64,000 nucleotides of DNA from Vicugna vicugna (taxonomy: Eukaryota): assembly GCA_013265495.1 (NCBI GenBank), contig MU058213.1, forward strand, positions 2,666,001 to 2,730,000. Reading direction: 5' to 3'. The position numbers and the translations under genes were made by a program. The stretch's first letter is position 1; every line of letters starts with the position of its first letter. Shown in pieces: positions 1-12,666 of this stretch. A model generated the notes under the pieces. It did no database searches and had not been told where the DNA came from. It saw only the letters and a list, made by a program, of their open reading frames with translations.

Positions 1-443
1 CTGTACGTTCAGGGGGTGATGACTCAATCCTGGGGAGTGGGTGCAAGCTCTGAGGGAGGGTACCCAGCAAAGGAGGATCAGCAAAATCACAGAGCAAGCC
101 AGCGTTCAGAGGAAAGGTGTGGCCCAGAAAGGGAAGGTGAAGGGCAGGGCAGGGTGGTGCCATTTGAGCACTTTAGCTACTAGTGCTTTAAAAGATCTCT
201 TAAGTCTGAGCACTTTAGAAGGGACATGTTTGCAGCTCACTGTGAGTCCTCTAGATAAATCATCAAGCTCGTGACTAGGGTCAACTAAGAAAATTGCAAA
301 TGATGATCATCGCTGCTGTTAGCCTGACTCACTGGGAAGTTGGGTAGTGGCCTCCAGCACCACCTGAAGGACCTAAGGGTGTTGGCCATTTATGTGTACT
401 TAAGAAGTGAGTCACCTCATTTTGGGTTTCTGTGAGAGTAAAC

Positions 444-852
444 GTGTCGTCCTCACACGTTAGTGCACATGAGAGTCACCTGCAGGGCTTGTTAAAACAC
501 AGACTGCTGGACCTCACTCTGAGAATTTCTGATTCACCCAGTCTGGGGTAGAGACCAAGAATTTGCATTTATTTATTTTTAAATTAATTTTTCTTTTTTA
601 ATTTTAAATCTACACTTTTTTACTTTTTACATTTTTTTGGTTTTGTTAGGAGGGGGAGGTAATTAGGTTTGTTTGTTTATTTATTATTTATTTTTTAGTG
701 GAGGTACTGGGGATTGAACCCAGGACCTCATGCATGCTAAGCATGCGCTCTACCACTGAGAGACACCCTCCCCGCTAAGAATTTGCATTTATGAGAGGTT
801 TCCAGGAGCTGCTGATGCTGCTGGTCCAGGAACCACACTTTGAGAACCACTC
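444..852 (-). mobile_element. MER5A-like hAT-Charlie DNA transposon fossil, interrupted by a SINE
   Basis: Recognisable MER5A segments gggcttgttaaaacacagactgctgg and ctgatgctgctggtccaggaaccacactttgagaaccact lie on either side of the SINE. Confidence 0.85.
573..776 (-). mobile_element. tRNA-derived SINE (camelid Vic-1-like) with 16-bp TSD
   Basis: Reverse complement gives ctcagtggtagagcgcatgcttagcatgcatgaggtcctgggttcaatcccc plus an A-rich tail. Direct repeat aagaatttgcatttat at 557-572 and 777-792. Confidence 0.88.
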
Positions 853-1391
853 TGTAAGCCTTACACAGAGGGACACCCTAGCATGAGGCCACCTATAGCC
901 AATTTAGGATTTTGGCTGCAAACTATAATTGGAGGTAGTTTTTTTAGTGTTTCCAGGCTGAAAACTCTAGTTAAGAGGAACACTCAGGAAGCAGAAGAAC
1001 AAAGTATGGACTCAATACAAATGTTTCTCCCCCTCAAACGAAAGCATGTTTTATAGCCTCAAAGGAAGATCCTCATGTAGATGGCACCAAAAACAAACAA
1101 ACCAAAACCAAAAGCTAAAATACAGAAAGGCCCTTATTGAAAGGAAACAAAAACTTTCCTGTTTGCCAAAGTCGACACTCAGGCTTGCATATTTCCCTCA
1201 AGTTCTCCTCATATTTTAGCTCCCACTTAAAATGACGCTGCCTTTCTATATATAACAGAAAAACCTAGTAACAATTCCTGCCTGTTATTCCAAACAAAAG
1301 GGATGATTTTCAGTTATTTTGTTTACTTTTTGTTCATGAACAATATTACATGATTTAAAAGCCAGTTTCTGTGGGGAAACTTGGCTAATTT

Positions 1392-1440
1392 TATATATAT
1401 ATATATATGTATGTATGTGTGTATATATATATATATATGT
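1392..1440. repeat. Compound (TA)n/(TATG)n/(TG)n microsatellite
   Basis: Seen directly in the sequence. Confidence 0.95.
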
Positions 1441-2311
1441 TTATGGTGTAAATTTTTATGATAGATTTAGAACATGTTAGCTCCTTCGAGCTCTGAATTG
1501 CATCGCTGTCTTGTAGTATGCAGTTCTGCCTTGTTTCATTTTCCACTTGAAGTCATTTCACTTGCCTGGCTTATAAACACCTTGAATTCTCTTTAACTGA
1601 AAAGGCAAGGTAACGTGATAGAGTATCCCGCTTAGCAATAATAACCCCCAAGGTAGAACTAAACTAAGCAGAGCAAAACCATAGGCAACATATCCTACAT
1701 CATTAAAGAAAGGAAAGAAGATGGCACTGAAGAGGCAGGAAAGTCACCATGAAGAAACTGAAAAGAACGGAAGAATAGGCAGATGGACTGGAAACGGAAA
1801 TGAAGAAAGTTGCTTTTTCTTTTCTTTTGGAATAAGCCAGCTTGGAAATGAGCGGGTCATTGTGACAGTTACTCAGACGGCAAGGCTAGTGAGTCCTAGA
1901 CAAACGTGGTCCACATGTGCGTCAGGCAGAGCAGACCTGTGTATCCCGCTGGATCCTCTCAGTGACCCTGTAAGGAACACGAGGCTAAAAACCCATTGTC
2001 AGGTGAGAAGACAGGGCTTCGGGGTGAGACTGGGTGGCCGAGAAGAGTCACATGGGTATTAAGTAGTGGAACTGAGTGCAAATCCAAATGCTTCAAACTA
2101 CTTACAGGGCATTTTTCATTGAGCAGCCCACTAACCAAAGCTTTTATCAGAAAGCTGATTTTTCAGACATTGAGAGTAATGCTGTGTACATGTGAGTGAA
2201 ACCAGTTTTGGCCTAGAGTCACTGCTCCTCGTCACTAGCCTATCACTAGCTATTTACAGCTACACATGAGCACTTACCTCAGAGGTTCTCGTCAAGAAAA
2301 GATAAATCCTA

Positions 2312-2426
2312 GGGAGGAGGGTACAGCTCAGTGGTAGAACGCATGATTAGCATGCAGAAGGTCCTGGGTTCAATCCCCAGTGCCTCCATTAAAATAAACC
2401 AACCAACCAACCTAATTACCTCCCCC

Positions 2427-2471
<45 letters not shown>
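2312..2471 (+). mobile_element. tRNA-derived SINE (Vic-1-like) ending in an (AC)22 tail
   Basis: Pol III A-box (agctcagtggtag) and B-box (gggttcaatccc, 2366-2377), body cctaattacctccccc, AC repeat at 2428-2471. Near-TSD gataaatcct (2301-2310) / gatgaatcct (2472-2481). Confidence 0.88.
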
Positions 2472-2473
<2 letters not shown>

Positions 2474-5400
2474 TGAATCCTGAGCAAGCTCCTCTGCACT
2501 GGAGTCCTTCCCCTACTTTTGCTTTGACGTTGTATCTTTTAAAAACCTCCAAGGTAATTTCTATTTCTTCAGTATCTCCTTGCAATCATTGTTACCACTT
2601 TTATCTACAATAGTATAACAGGTTAAGAACCTCTTGTTTAATACTGGTGAAACTGTTCAAGTCGTGAAAAATAAGATTCTCAATGACTAAATCACTGTGG
2701 ATCCAGGATGCATCCAGAACCCCGGAAGAAGCTCAAGAGAGCAGTCATTCCTACAGTAATCACATGTTGACACCACAAAACAGAGTTGTCTACAGTGTTT
2801 TTAAGAATCTCCTCTAGGTGCCCCATCAGTTTTTGATCCATTGTAGAGGGAACAATTCTTCCCCATGTCTAGACACACTTTCTCTGGGTGTGTGTTAAGC
2901 CTGTTTCATCTGTGTGTCTGTCCCCTAGGGAAATGAAGGACATCTGTGTCTTTTCTTCCTGAATATTACTTGTAACCTAAAGAAAAATGGACCTCCCACT
3001 CTCCTTTCTCTCTGGTCTCTCCCCAGCTACCGCAAGTAAACTTGAGAGAACATTAAGTGTCGGTACTATTTAAGTTAGAGATGCTGAAAAGATGATTTTC
3101 CTCTCTTGCTTTTAAAGTGGTAGCATGTTTTGATTATTTTTGTTTTAGGAAGAGATTTCATAGCTGTAATGTAGCAGGTATACAATCATCTAGTAAGCCC
3201 TTTTTCTAGTAAATGATTTGAGCCAAAAGGAATGATGAACACCACTCCTACTAGAGGTCTCGGTCTGATTCACCAGGGTGTGACAGGTAAGCGTGGGACT
3301 GTTAGAGGCTCATTTCAGAGCAGCACCTGTGAGCGTGGAAACATGGATGGCTCTGGTCTGCTCCTTGGCCTCATTAGAGCGAGACCTCCGTAAATCCCAA
3401 AAGGATAGAGTTGTTATCCAAAGAGCACTGTGTGAAAAAGTCTAGAAATGGATCTCAAAAGAGGCATGTGATTTAGAGAAGAAGGAATTTTCTATGAACA
3501 CAATATGGTATCCCCAAGGGCAGAGTCAGGCTGCGTTCAGAGTACGGGGAAGCAGGCCAGAAGCTCAGGAACAGAAAGTCTAGTTTGAGAACAAGATGAG
3601 CTCAAGTAGATTAAATTAGATTATAAAACACCTCTTAGATGTCTGTGTCCATATAGAACTTTCCTATTTCTGAATATATCATAACTGTAACACCTGAATA
3701 CGCACTACATACAGTTCACTATTTGGTGCCTTGTTTTTTCAGGTGTTGATTGACAAGCATTTCTGAATTACGGAATATCCTCCCTTAATCAGCTTTTTCT
3801 TTCATATACCAGTGTTTTTTCCTCTCTTAAAAAAAAACTCACCTCTTTTCTACCTTAAGATAACCCCATAGATTGATCATTCATGAGATTGATGTTAGCT
3901 AAGTATTTATCATGGACTATCCCAGCTAGATACTGTGACACAGCCCTGAACACTTCTGACCCTAGTCTCTGGTAGTTTAGAGTAAATTACTTCACTCTTC
4001 CTGGCAGTTAATTCCTTAGTTCCAAAGAACACTTGGCATGTCATGCAATGGATATGAGTAAAATAAGCCAAATAAACAGCAAACATGTTTTGATGATCTG
4101 TGGACCAGGAACTCTGCTAGATGCTACAGGGAATACAGAGGGCAATGCAGTGAGGTTTCTAACATCAAAGAGAAGAAAACCTCCTGGGGGACGAGGCCAC
4201 AAACAAAACTACTTAATAATCCCAGCCAAGCCTGCAAGAGCGTCACAGGGCAGCACTGTGGGTTTAGAGGCAGGAGGGAGCACTTGGTGGTAGGAATGCG
4301 CTGAAGGAGCAAAGCCCTAGCTTGACACTGAAGGATGGGCAGGATCTGTGTAGTCATCAACCAGCAGGGAGTAAAACAAAGACATAAACATTGGGCCAAG
4401 TGATGGAGCAGCTGCCTTATTTGCATCAGTGTCTTCTAGGCAGCTAATAAAAATTAACTATGGCCTTCCTCCACCAGCAGGAAAAGGTATTAAAGTTTTG
4501 CTAATCACAGAAAGTACAAGACTTCCCTGGTTATTACCACTATGCTCTTTCATTTTGAGGGCATGGTTGAATGGTCCAGACATCGCCCTTCCTCCCTACC
4601 CCCACTTTAAAACAGTGCTGTCAGTGCTGGTCAGTTGAACAACAGGCAGAAGGAAATAAAATCATCTGGGTACCATTCTAAGGCTACCACCATCCATCTA
4701 AGGCCCTGTCCCCCCTCCAAATGGAGACATGGAAGTGGGCATGGTAAGGAAATAGTGAGGATGAGAAGTTTCTGGTCTTTGCAGGGATTTCCGGTCCTCC
4801 CCACACACTGCCCATCAGTGAGAGGGTTAACTTGCACTCTCCCCCTCCTTCTCCAGCTCCCCTGTCTTCTCCCTGCTCTCCTCACTAGCCCTTTTCTTGG
4901 CTGGTTCAGCCTGGCTTACACTCAACAGGCGATTCTTTCTCCATCAATTAACAGCTATTGAGATGAGATTAGCTCCTTACTGGCCTCTGAGGACCAAGAA
5001 AGCATCCACGGGAAGCAAAGCCATAGACAGTTTCCATGGAGCTCTGCAGCCTGGAGGTAGAGGGGCTAACTTTATTTCTCAAGCACCTTAATTATCGTAA
5101 TAGCTCTTTAACACACTACTCAGAGTAATAAACAAGTAATAAACATAATTGTTTCTAGCTTTCCATGAGAACAATAGATTAATTTCCTTGGGCTAGAAGT
5201 GAGATAGTGTTGAAGCATGCAAAGAGTAGACAGAAAATCCTCCCACCCTCAGGCAACTTCCTAGAAACAGACACAGGAATATCCTTTAAGCAGCTACCAT
5301 CTTGTTCCCTGTCCCAGTCACACTCCCACCCTCCCTTCAAAGGTTACCACTGTCTTGACTATTATAGTAATCAGTTAATCAGTTCTTAGCATCTCTTTGC

Positions 5401-7243
5401 AGTTTTACACCCAAGAGTGTTTCTTTAGACACTAGCGTTTCATCTTGCTCATTCTTTTTAATTGAAAACCTTTTTAAGTCCCTTTACTTTCTAAGTTCCT
5501 CCTCCATCTTTCTTCTTGAGAATTTATCTTTTGAAGAATACGGGTTGCTTGATTGTAGAGTCTCCCACAGTCTGGATTTTCCCTGTTGAAGAGGTAGGGT
5601 GTGATTCAGCATATCCTTCTATGTTCCTGCAAATTGGCCTCTGGCCTGACTGGACTCAAACTCCATCCCCTATAGTCAAAGCACTAGGTAGGACTGGTGT
5701 AGAGTGCACAGCGTATGGGTTGCTCCTGCCCCTTCGGTCCTTTCTCTGTGCACTCACCTGTTCCCTTCCAAATTCTAGCTGTCATTTCCAGCTGGCTCTC
5801 AGGACTGTCCAGTGAGTACCTATTGGCTATCGTGGGGCTCTCTGGCTCTCAAGTCTGTCAGATGTCCCCGTGCTTCACTTCCAAATGGGAACCAGTTACA
5901 CAAAAGCCTCGTGGCTGTTGGCTGTGACTCCTGCATTCTCATGATTAGGGGTTCTTGGGCTACCTTGGCAACAGTTTCGTGGTAAATGTTTTCCTTGGGT
6001 TTTTGGTTTCACTAAGTAGTTGCTTTGTTTGTCTTTTTGTGGACTTTGGAAGATCCAAAAATTAAGATGCTACTCTTGTAAAACCATCTTCCCAGAATTC
6101 TGGTATGATTTTTTTTTATCATACTCAATTTTTTTTTGAAGAAATGATTCTTATATTTTTAATGAGAAAAATACTTGATATTCATAAAATCACTTAACTG
6201 GCAACTTTGAGAAAACATACTTATTTTATACATTGAGAGAGTCATATCTGGCTGTTTATCAATTCACAGTTAAATTGCTGCCAGATCCCTGTTTATAGCT
6301 CTGACCTCACTCCCAGCCATATACAGAAAATCACTTCTGTTGCTAATATTCCAGTCCAGATCTATGCCCATTCCCACCCCAAGTTCATACACAAATGGTA
6401 AAAACACAAAGAACTTCTCTATTTCAATAGACTTTGCAGAAAGCTCACTCCTGGGTATGATTTTATTTTTCTACCTGGCTTCCTGAATATACCATTTCCA
6501 CTGTCTTCATTACCAAATTCCAAGCGTCCATTCCCACTTACTCACAGGTCCTTTGATCCCTACAGGCTACGGGTGCCTGAGACCCAGATTTCCAGATCTT
6601 TGATTTGCTTCTGATGCTCTGACCCTCAGCTTACTGATCTGAGACCTGGACCCTTGCCTGTCTCTTTACGGAGCTGGCCTTTTCTTAATCCTACACTGGA
6701 CTGGCTGGTCCCACTGCCATTCATGTCCTGGCATAAATATTATATCGTATAACACAAGGTGGCTTGCTTTTCCCAATAATATTATGTAACATCTTCATGT
6801 GTCATTTAAAAATCTTGCAAAGTATGAGTTTTAAAGAATGCATAGTTTCCTACCTATCATGGGCTAAACTACACTTAACCGTGTATCTAACACTTTTCCA
6901 ATAGAGGATTACAAGCTACTCCAGAGCCTGTTGCATGCCCTGTGCTGTGTGCTGTGCGCTGTCACTGCGGCCACACTGAGCTCGTGGTGCTGGGGCAGCC
7001 CTGGCGGTCACGCCGAGGAATCCCTCAGAATCTCTGTCCTTAGAAAGCTTACAGTTTACTGAATTGCATCTTGTATACAAGTAACTATAATCAAAGTAGA
7101 AAATACCAAAACCTTTAAACAAATTATAAATGAAGTTGTGACAGAGGAAAGATTTTTTCTGGTGGAGGACTCAGGGAGGGCTTCCTGCAAAATATGGCAT
7201 TTGACCCCAGCCTCAAATCCTGTATTTACTTTACTTTTTTAAC

Positions 7244-7303
<60 letters not shown>
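7244..7303. repeat. (TA)n microsatellite with two interruptions
   Basis: Seen directly in the sequence. Confidence 0.95.
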
Positions 7304-7309
<6 letters not shown>

Positions 7310-9309
7310 ATACATTGACTTTTTTAGGGCAGTGGTATTCAGTTCTATGGCAAATCTTTCACTGGGAATAGAACCAGTGGTTGGCTGTGACAGAGGTCTA
7401 ACTCTACATAGTTTAAAGAGGGAAATAAACCGTAAGAATGCTGGCAACTCGCAAGTTAGAACAAGCCACAGGGTGCAGGGATGTACTGGGCCATGGAAAT
7501 TACTAGAAGCCAGTTTTTTAAATTCCTTCAGAACACAGTCTCTTATCTGTGTTTCTCCATGCGTGTTTGCTCTTTTTCAGGGTCGGATTCAATATTTTCT
7601 TTAGAAAAAAAAGTGATTTTTAATGCTTTACTCTCAGAGATGTTAAAATGATTGCCCATGGCCAAAGCTAGTAAATGTATTCAAACCCAAGTCTTTCAGA
7701 TTACAAAGTCAGATTAAACATAACAAGTTACCTATTTATGTATTTATTCTACTTCTCTCTAAGTAGGAAATAAATACACTGTGCTCCTTTTGTGGGTTTT
7801 CCACCCTACAAAACCTAGCAGGTTTAATAGATCAGCAACCAAATTATGAAATCATGCTTAATTTGTTTACTTTTAGACTCTATATAGTAACTATATATTT
7901 TTATATATCCAGGTTCAAAGTCTTATTCAGTACTGTAGAATGATCAGTAAGTAAAACAGATGAAAGAAGATCAAGAAAAGGAAAGAAGAGAAGGAAATAC
8001 AGAGGGTTTCTTGCATTAAGTTCTCTACATTCACTGTATCTGCTGGGAAGGGGAACCACATCTATTTTCTGTTTCTTTTCTAACAAACGTTATTCATTCT
8101 GTCCATTACAGTTCCTTCCATCTTGTTACACTGTCCTCACCAGATTACATTTAGATCAGACCAGTTCTTGATAAAAAGGTCAGAGCAATACATTGCCAAG
8201 TCCTGACGCCGAAGTTAATTTGTCTGTGCCCGCCTCCTGCAGGGTGTCTGCCTCAAAGTGATAGTGAGAGTTACATTTTCCTATTAAAACCTTAGCCTCT
8301 AATTCTTAAGTCTGTAGACCTGCAATGAAGTCTTAGATATTAAACGCTCTCTCAGCCATATACTTTGAACCTAGGACTGCCTGTTGATAACTGTGGTGGT
8401 TCTTAGATCCATTTGCATTGCTGGCTGTAACAAAGCTGATTCTTTGAAAATGGCTTTCACTTCCTGAGTGTATTCTGCTGGGTAGGCATTCTTGACAGAT
8501 CACTGTAAAGAAGTCAGCTCTGTCGTGTGCTCTCACCCAGGTACCTATTACCGGATCACTGTGGACACTACTCCACCTACCATCAATGCTCATTACCAAT
8601 TTCCCCTCCACACTCTTCAATTACTTGCTCACATGCTGCCTTCAGCAGTTTGTTCACGATATCTGCCTGGTAGGGCGGATAACATCCCGGTCGAAATGAC
8701 AGCCACATCAGTGAAGTGTGTATTCTCACAGATGGGGAAAGCACAGGGTTTTAATTTAGTGAACTGAACTCACCATCCATACCTTCCTGCTCCAGTCTTC
8801 CAATTTGTTTTGTATATTTAATCATTTTAATTGACAAGTGGTAGCTGTTCACTGAGAACTAATCAGATAATCAGAAGTATAGGATGGAAAAGCTAATCCA
8901 CTCAGCTGACTCCATCCCTACTGTGTGCACTTTTATGTTTATTCTCCCAGACCTTTCAATCATGCACATAGAACACTTATATTCTTCTTTATCTTCCTCA
9001 AAACTGGGGCATGTGCACACTGTTGTGCTATGTGATTTTTCACATACTTCTTTTCATGTTATATAGATTTCCCTCCTTTAGTATGGATTCATAATATTTC
9101 AAAATAAGATATATGACAATGTACTCACTATTTTAGTATTTATAAACATATAGGTTGTATCCCATTTTTTTAGTCATTATAAAAATGTTGCCATGAAATC
9201 CTTAGTCATACATGTCTTTGTGTATTTATGCAAATATTCCTGTATCCTGGGTTCACAGAAAAGAAATTGCTAGGTCAAAGGGACTGGTTTGATATTCTAA
9301 TAAACAACT

Positions 9310-9530
9310 GCATCAGTAATACGGAGGACTTTGTATATGCCAGGTGCTTTTGTAAATTCTTTACAGGTGGTAACATATAATCTTTACAACAACTGGATGA
9401 GGCAGGTGCTACTGTTACTCTTATTTTACAGACGAGAGAATTGAAGCACAAAGAGATTAAATAACTTGCCCAAGGTCACCCAGCTAATATGTGGTGGAGC
9501 CTGGATTCAAATCCAGGGAATATGGCCCAG
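9310..9530 (-). mobile_element. MIR SINE nested in an old L1M fragment
   Basis: MIR core in reverse: attttacagacgagagaattgaagcacaaagagattaaataacttgcccaaggtcacccagctaat. Flanks carry L1M-like sequence (aattgctaggtcaaaggg). Confidence 0.85.
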
Positions 9531-9699
9531 AGACTTTCTATGCACACTCCTCCAAAATTTGCTTTCCAATTTCTTTGTTGTATCAGTTATCCCACCAACT
9601 TTGCCAATAATGGATATTATCAAAATTTTTATATGTAGTTTTTTTAGCTTAACTTTGAAACTTTTTAATCTTGGTGTAACTTCATGATACAATAAAGTT

Positions 9700-10850
9700 C
9701 AATCAGTAGAACAAACACAAGAATACATAATGAAGCAGAATATTAAGTGCCAAAATGAGTGGTAACAACAGTGAAGTGGCTCCCGGTGACAGTCAAAAGT
9801 CGGCTGGAGTGATTGGCAAAGCCACAGATAGATGGGAGAGCTTTTGCAGGGCAGCAAATAACTATATGCAAGAAAGGCTTGCAAAAAGGGATATCGTCGA
9901 GTGTAGTGAGGGATGAATCTGATAGGCAGAATTTCTAAAGCCAAGAGTTACTTAGGAAATTTGGAATTTACCTTCAAAACAACAGGAACCCTTGGTACTA
10001 GAAGAAGAAGAGTAACAGGATTGGAAAGTTTAGTCCTGCTAAGTTATCTAAAATATAGCAGAAGTGTGTGAAAACAAGGTGACTTCTTGGCAGGTGACAC
10101 AGATATCTAGATCTGGTGATAAGGTCCTAAACTAAGTAAGCAGAATGTTGAAGTAGAGACTGAATCAAATAAACTATGTAAAGAAAAATGGACAAGATTT
10201 AGTTTTGGTTAGGATCAGCAAATGAAGCAGAGAAAAAGTTCCGTGAGGTTTTCAGTGAGCAGGAAGAATGGCATCATGAGGTTGGAAATGGGGAAGCTGA
10301 GAAGTGGAGTAGATCTGAAAACACAGTAAGTTAATTTTTGGACTTGATGAGATTAAACTAAGATAAAAACATCAAGCAAGGATATCTGTTAGACAATTAG
10401 AAATGGGAGTTCAGTTGGAAGATGAGGTTAGGGACTAGAAATACACATTTAAAACAATAAAATATGAAAGTTGAAACTATAAAACTGTGGAAAGGAGTAC
10501 TGAGAAAAGAGAGGAGAGACCAAGGGCTGATACTGGAGGATGTCATGTAACAAAAACATGAAAGAAGAAAAAGGCTACAAAGATGACAGAAAAGAAGTAA
10601 ACTAGAGATGTAAGCAGTGAATCAAGAAAGTAGACACTGAATGAAGCCAAGGGGGATAGGACTACAAGGAGGTTATCAATCATATTAAAGCCAAGGACAT
10701 GGAAAATAGCAGGGAATTGGAGAAGAGGAGAAAAAAAAAAAATATATATATATATATTTACAGTTAAAAATTGATCATTGCTGACACTTCTCAGTAGAAT
10801 TATTCTAAGATGCAAGAGATGACTTAAAGCTTGATTGGAAGTAAGTGATC
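9700..10850 (-). mobile_element. Degenerate L2 LINE
   Basis: Purine-rich sequence with L2-like motifs (gagaggagagaccaagggctga; agacaattagaaatgggagttcag). Boundaries approximate. Confidence 0.55.
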
Positions 10851-11179
10851 AAAAATGGATGGTACATTAAAAAAATTGATAAATATGAAGAATAAGATAA
10901 CATCTAAAGAAGTCAGAATGTCAGTGTGTAGGCTGGTTGAGTTTTGTTTTGTTTTGTTTATAATATTTCTGAATTAATCTCTGCAGGAACTTGTAGGATC
11001 CTGAAAGATAAGTTATTTTTAATCTCTTTATCAAACTCTTCTGCAAAAATATATGGATATACTGTTTCAAAGCTCTATTATCAGGAGATAAAAATTCCTA
11101 TTCATTGATATGTTTTGTATTTTAGCTAATATTAAATCAATGCCTCTTGACACAAGTCTTAAAACATTGTTTTAACTAG

Positions 11180-12130
11180 GTTTCTTTTATTTTGATTATA
11201 AAGGTAAACTATGCATAGTGGAAAAAATAGAAAATACAGAACAATATAAAAAAAGAAAATTATTCATAGATTATTGAACTTTTGATATATTCTCTTGCAG
11301 TTTCATCTCACATTTGTTTTAAATACTTCAGAAGCTTTGTATGCAGTTATATGTCCCTTTCATACAGCATTTCAACATAAGTATTTTACACGGTACTATA
11401 ACTCCTTGTCAGTGTGTCATGCTTATATCCAATCACATAGATAATTCATTATTTATTTCTGTATTCCCAGTTACAGGACACTTAAGTTAATTCTCATTTC
11501 CAATCAGTATTTTAAATTACATGTACTAACATTTTTTTCCAGGTAAACTTTTTCTGTGTTTAGAATTATGTTTTGAATAATTCCACAAATGGAATTATTG
11601 AATACAAAGTTCTGAATAACTAGAAAGCATGTAATACCCAAGTAGCTTTCCAACTATAAATTTGTTTCCATCACAAGTTCATTAGAATATCAGATTTTTG
11701 CACAAAATCTCTAGCACTAGGTGGTTCTATTTGTTTAAAATATTTCCTAATGTAATGGATAATATACATGAATTTGATTATTTTAAAAGTTAAACATTTT
11801 CAGTATCAACTAGTTGGATTTCTCTTTTTGTGATCTGTTTATGACCTTTATTTACTGGTGCCTTGGAGTTCATCAGTTTGGATGACTTCTTTTACATTCA
11901 GGATAGTAACCCTCTACAACATTTATTGCAAACATTTTCTCTCTCAACTGATTACTTGCATATGATGTTTTTTGACTTACAGATATTTTCAGTGTGTTCA
12001 TCTCTGTGATTTATTTCCTTAAAGTCCAAGGAGACTTTCCACATACAAGTATCAAGTGAAAATTTATCTATATTCTTCTTCCTTTTCAGTTTAATTTTTC
12101 AATTTTAACTTTTAACAAACTTTTCAAAGT
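11180..12130 (-). mobile_element. Old L1M (L1ME-type) 3' fragment
   Basis: Antisense L1 motifs (ggaattattgaatacaaag; cattcaggatagtaaccctct; attgcaaacattttctc). Heavily decayed. Confidence 0.55.
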
Positions 12131-12592
12131 TACTTTGCCATTAAAGAGTTCATCCCTTCTTAACACCTGCCATCCTGCTCAATCCACACATCATCCAAAT
12201 TTCTGTTCATTCGGATCCATGAAGCTCCTTTATTGTGCCACACACAGGGACAGACACTGGGAATATAAAACTAAATAAAACTATGCTTGCCATAATAAAT
12301 TCAAATCTAATAGGGGAAGTATATCCATTTGCTAGCCACCTGATAGTTACAATAAACTATATTCTCATCTTTAAACAGCGCCATTGCTTCCTGCCATGGT
12401 TTCTACAGCACAACTTCCCCAGTCTTAAGTTCTTTTCATTGAAATGTATCTCCAAGTCATCTTCTCTGGTGAAACATATGTGTGTTTGTGTGTGTGTACA
12501 TTATATATATAAATTTATACATATATAAAATTTTCTTAGCTCTTGAATATTTGAAAATCACTTTTTGTTTCATTCATCGTAAGAATCAACTG

Positions 12593-12666
12593 TCCTAAGT
12601 TTAAATTCCATGATCATGGACTCTCTCCTTCCTAAGTTTAAATTCCATGATCATGGACTCTCTCCC
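12593..12666. repeat. Tandem duplication of a 37-bp unit (36/37 identical)
   Basis: tcctaagtttaaattccatgatcatggactctctcc(t/c) occurs twice, head to tail. Confidence 0.97.

Noticed and set aside
2312..2390. tRNA-Ala(AGC)-like gene
   Set aside because: It has a SINE body, tail and TSD and recurs at 573-776 and 49598, so it is a SINE head rather than a tRNA gene.
6920..7025. Short GC-rich, CpG-containing patch as a CpG island or promoter
   Set aside because: Only about 100 bp with no other promoter features.
12593..12666. Palindromic direct repeats as a CRISPR-like array
   Set aside because: Only two abutting units, no spacers, no cas genes, and a mammalian context.
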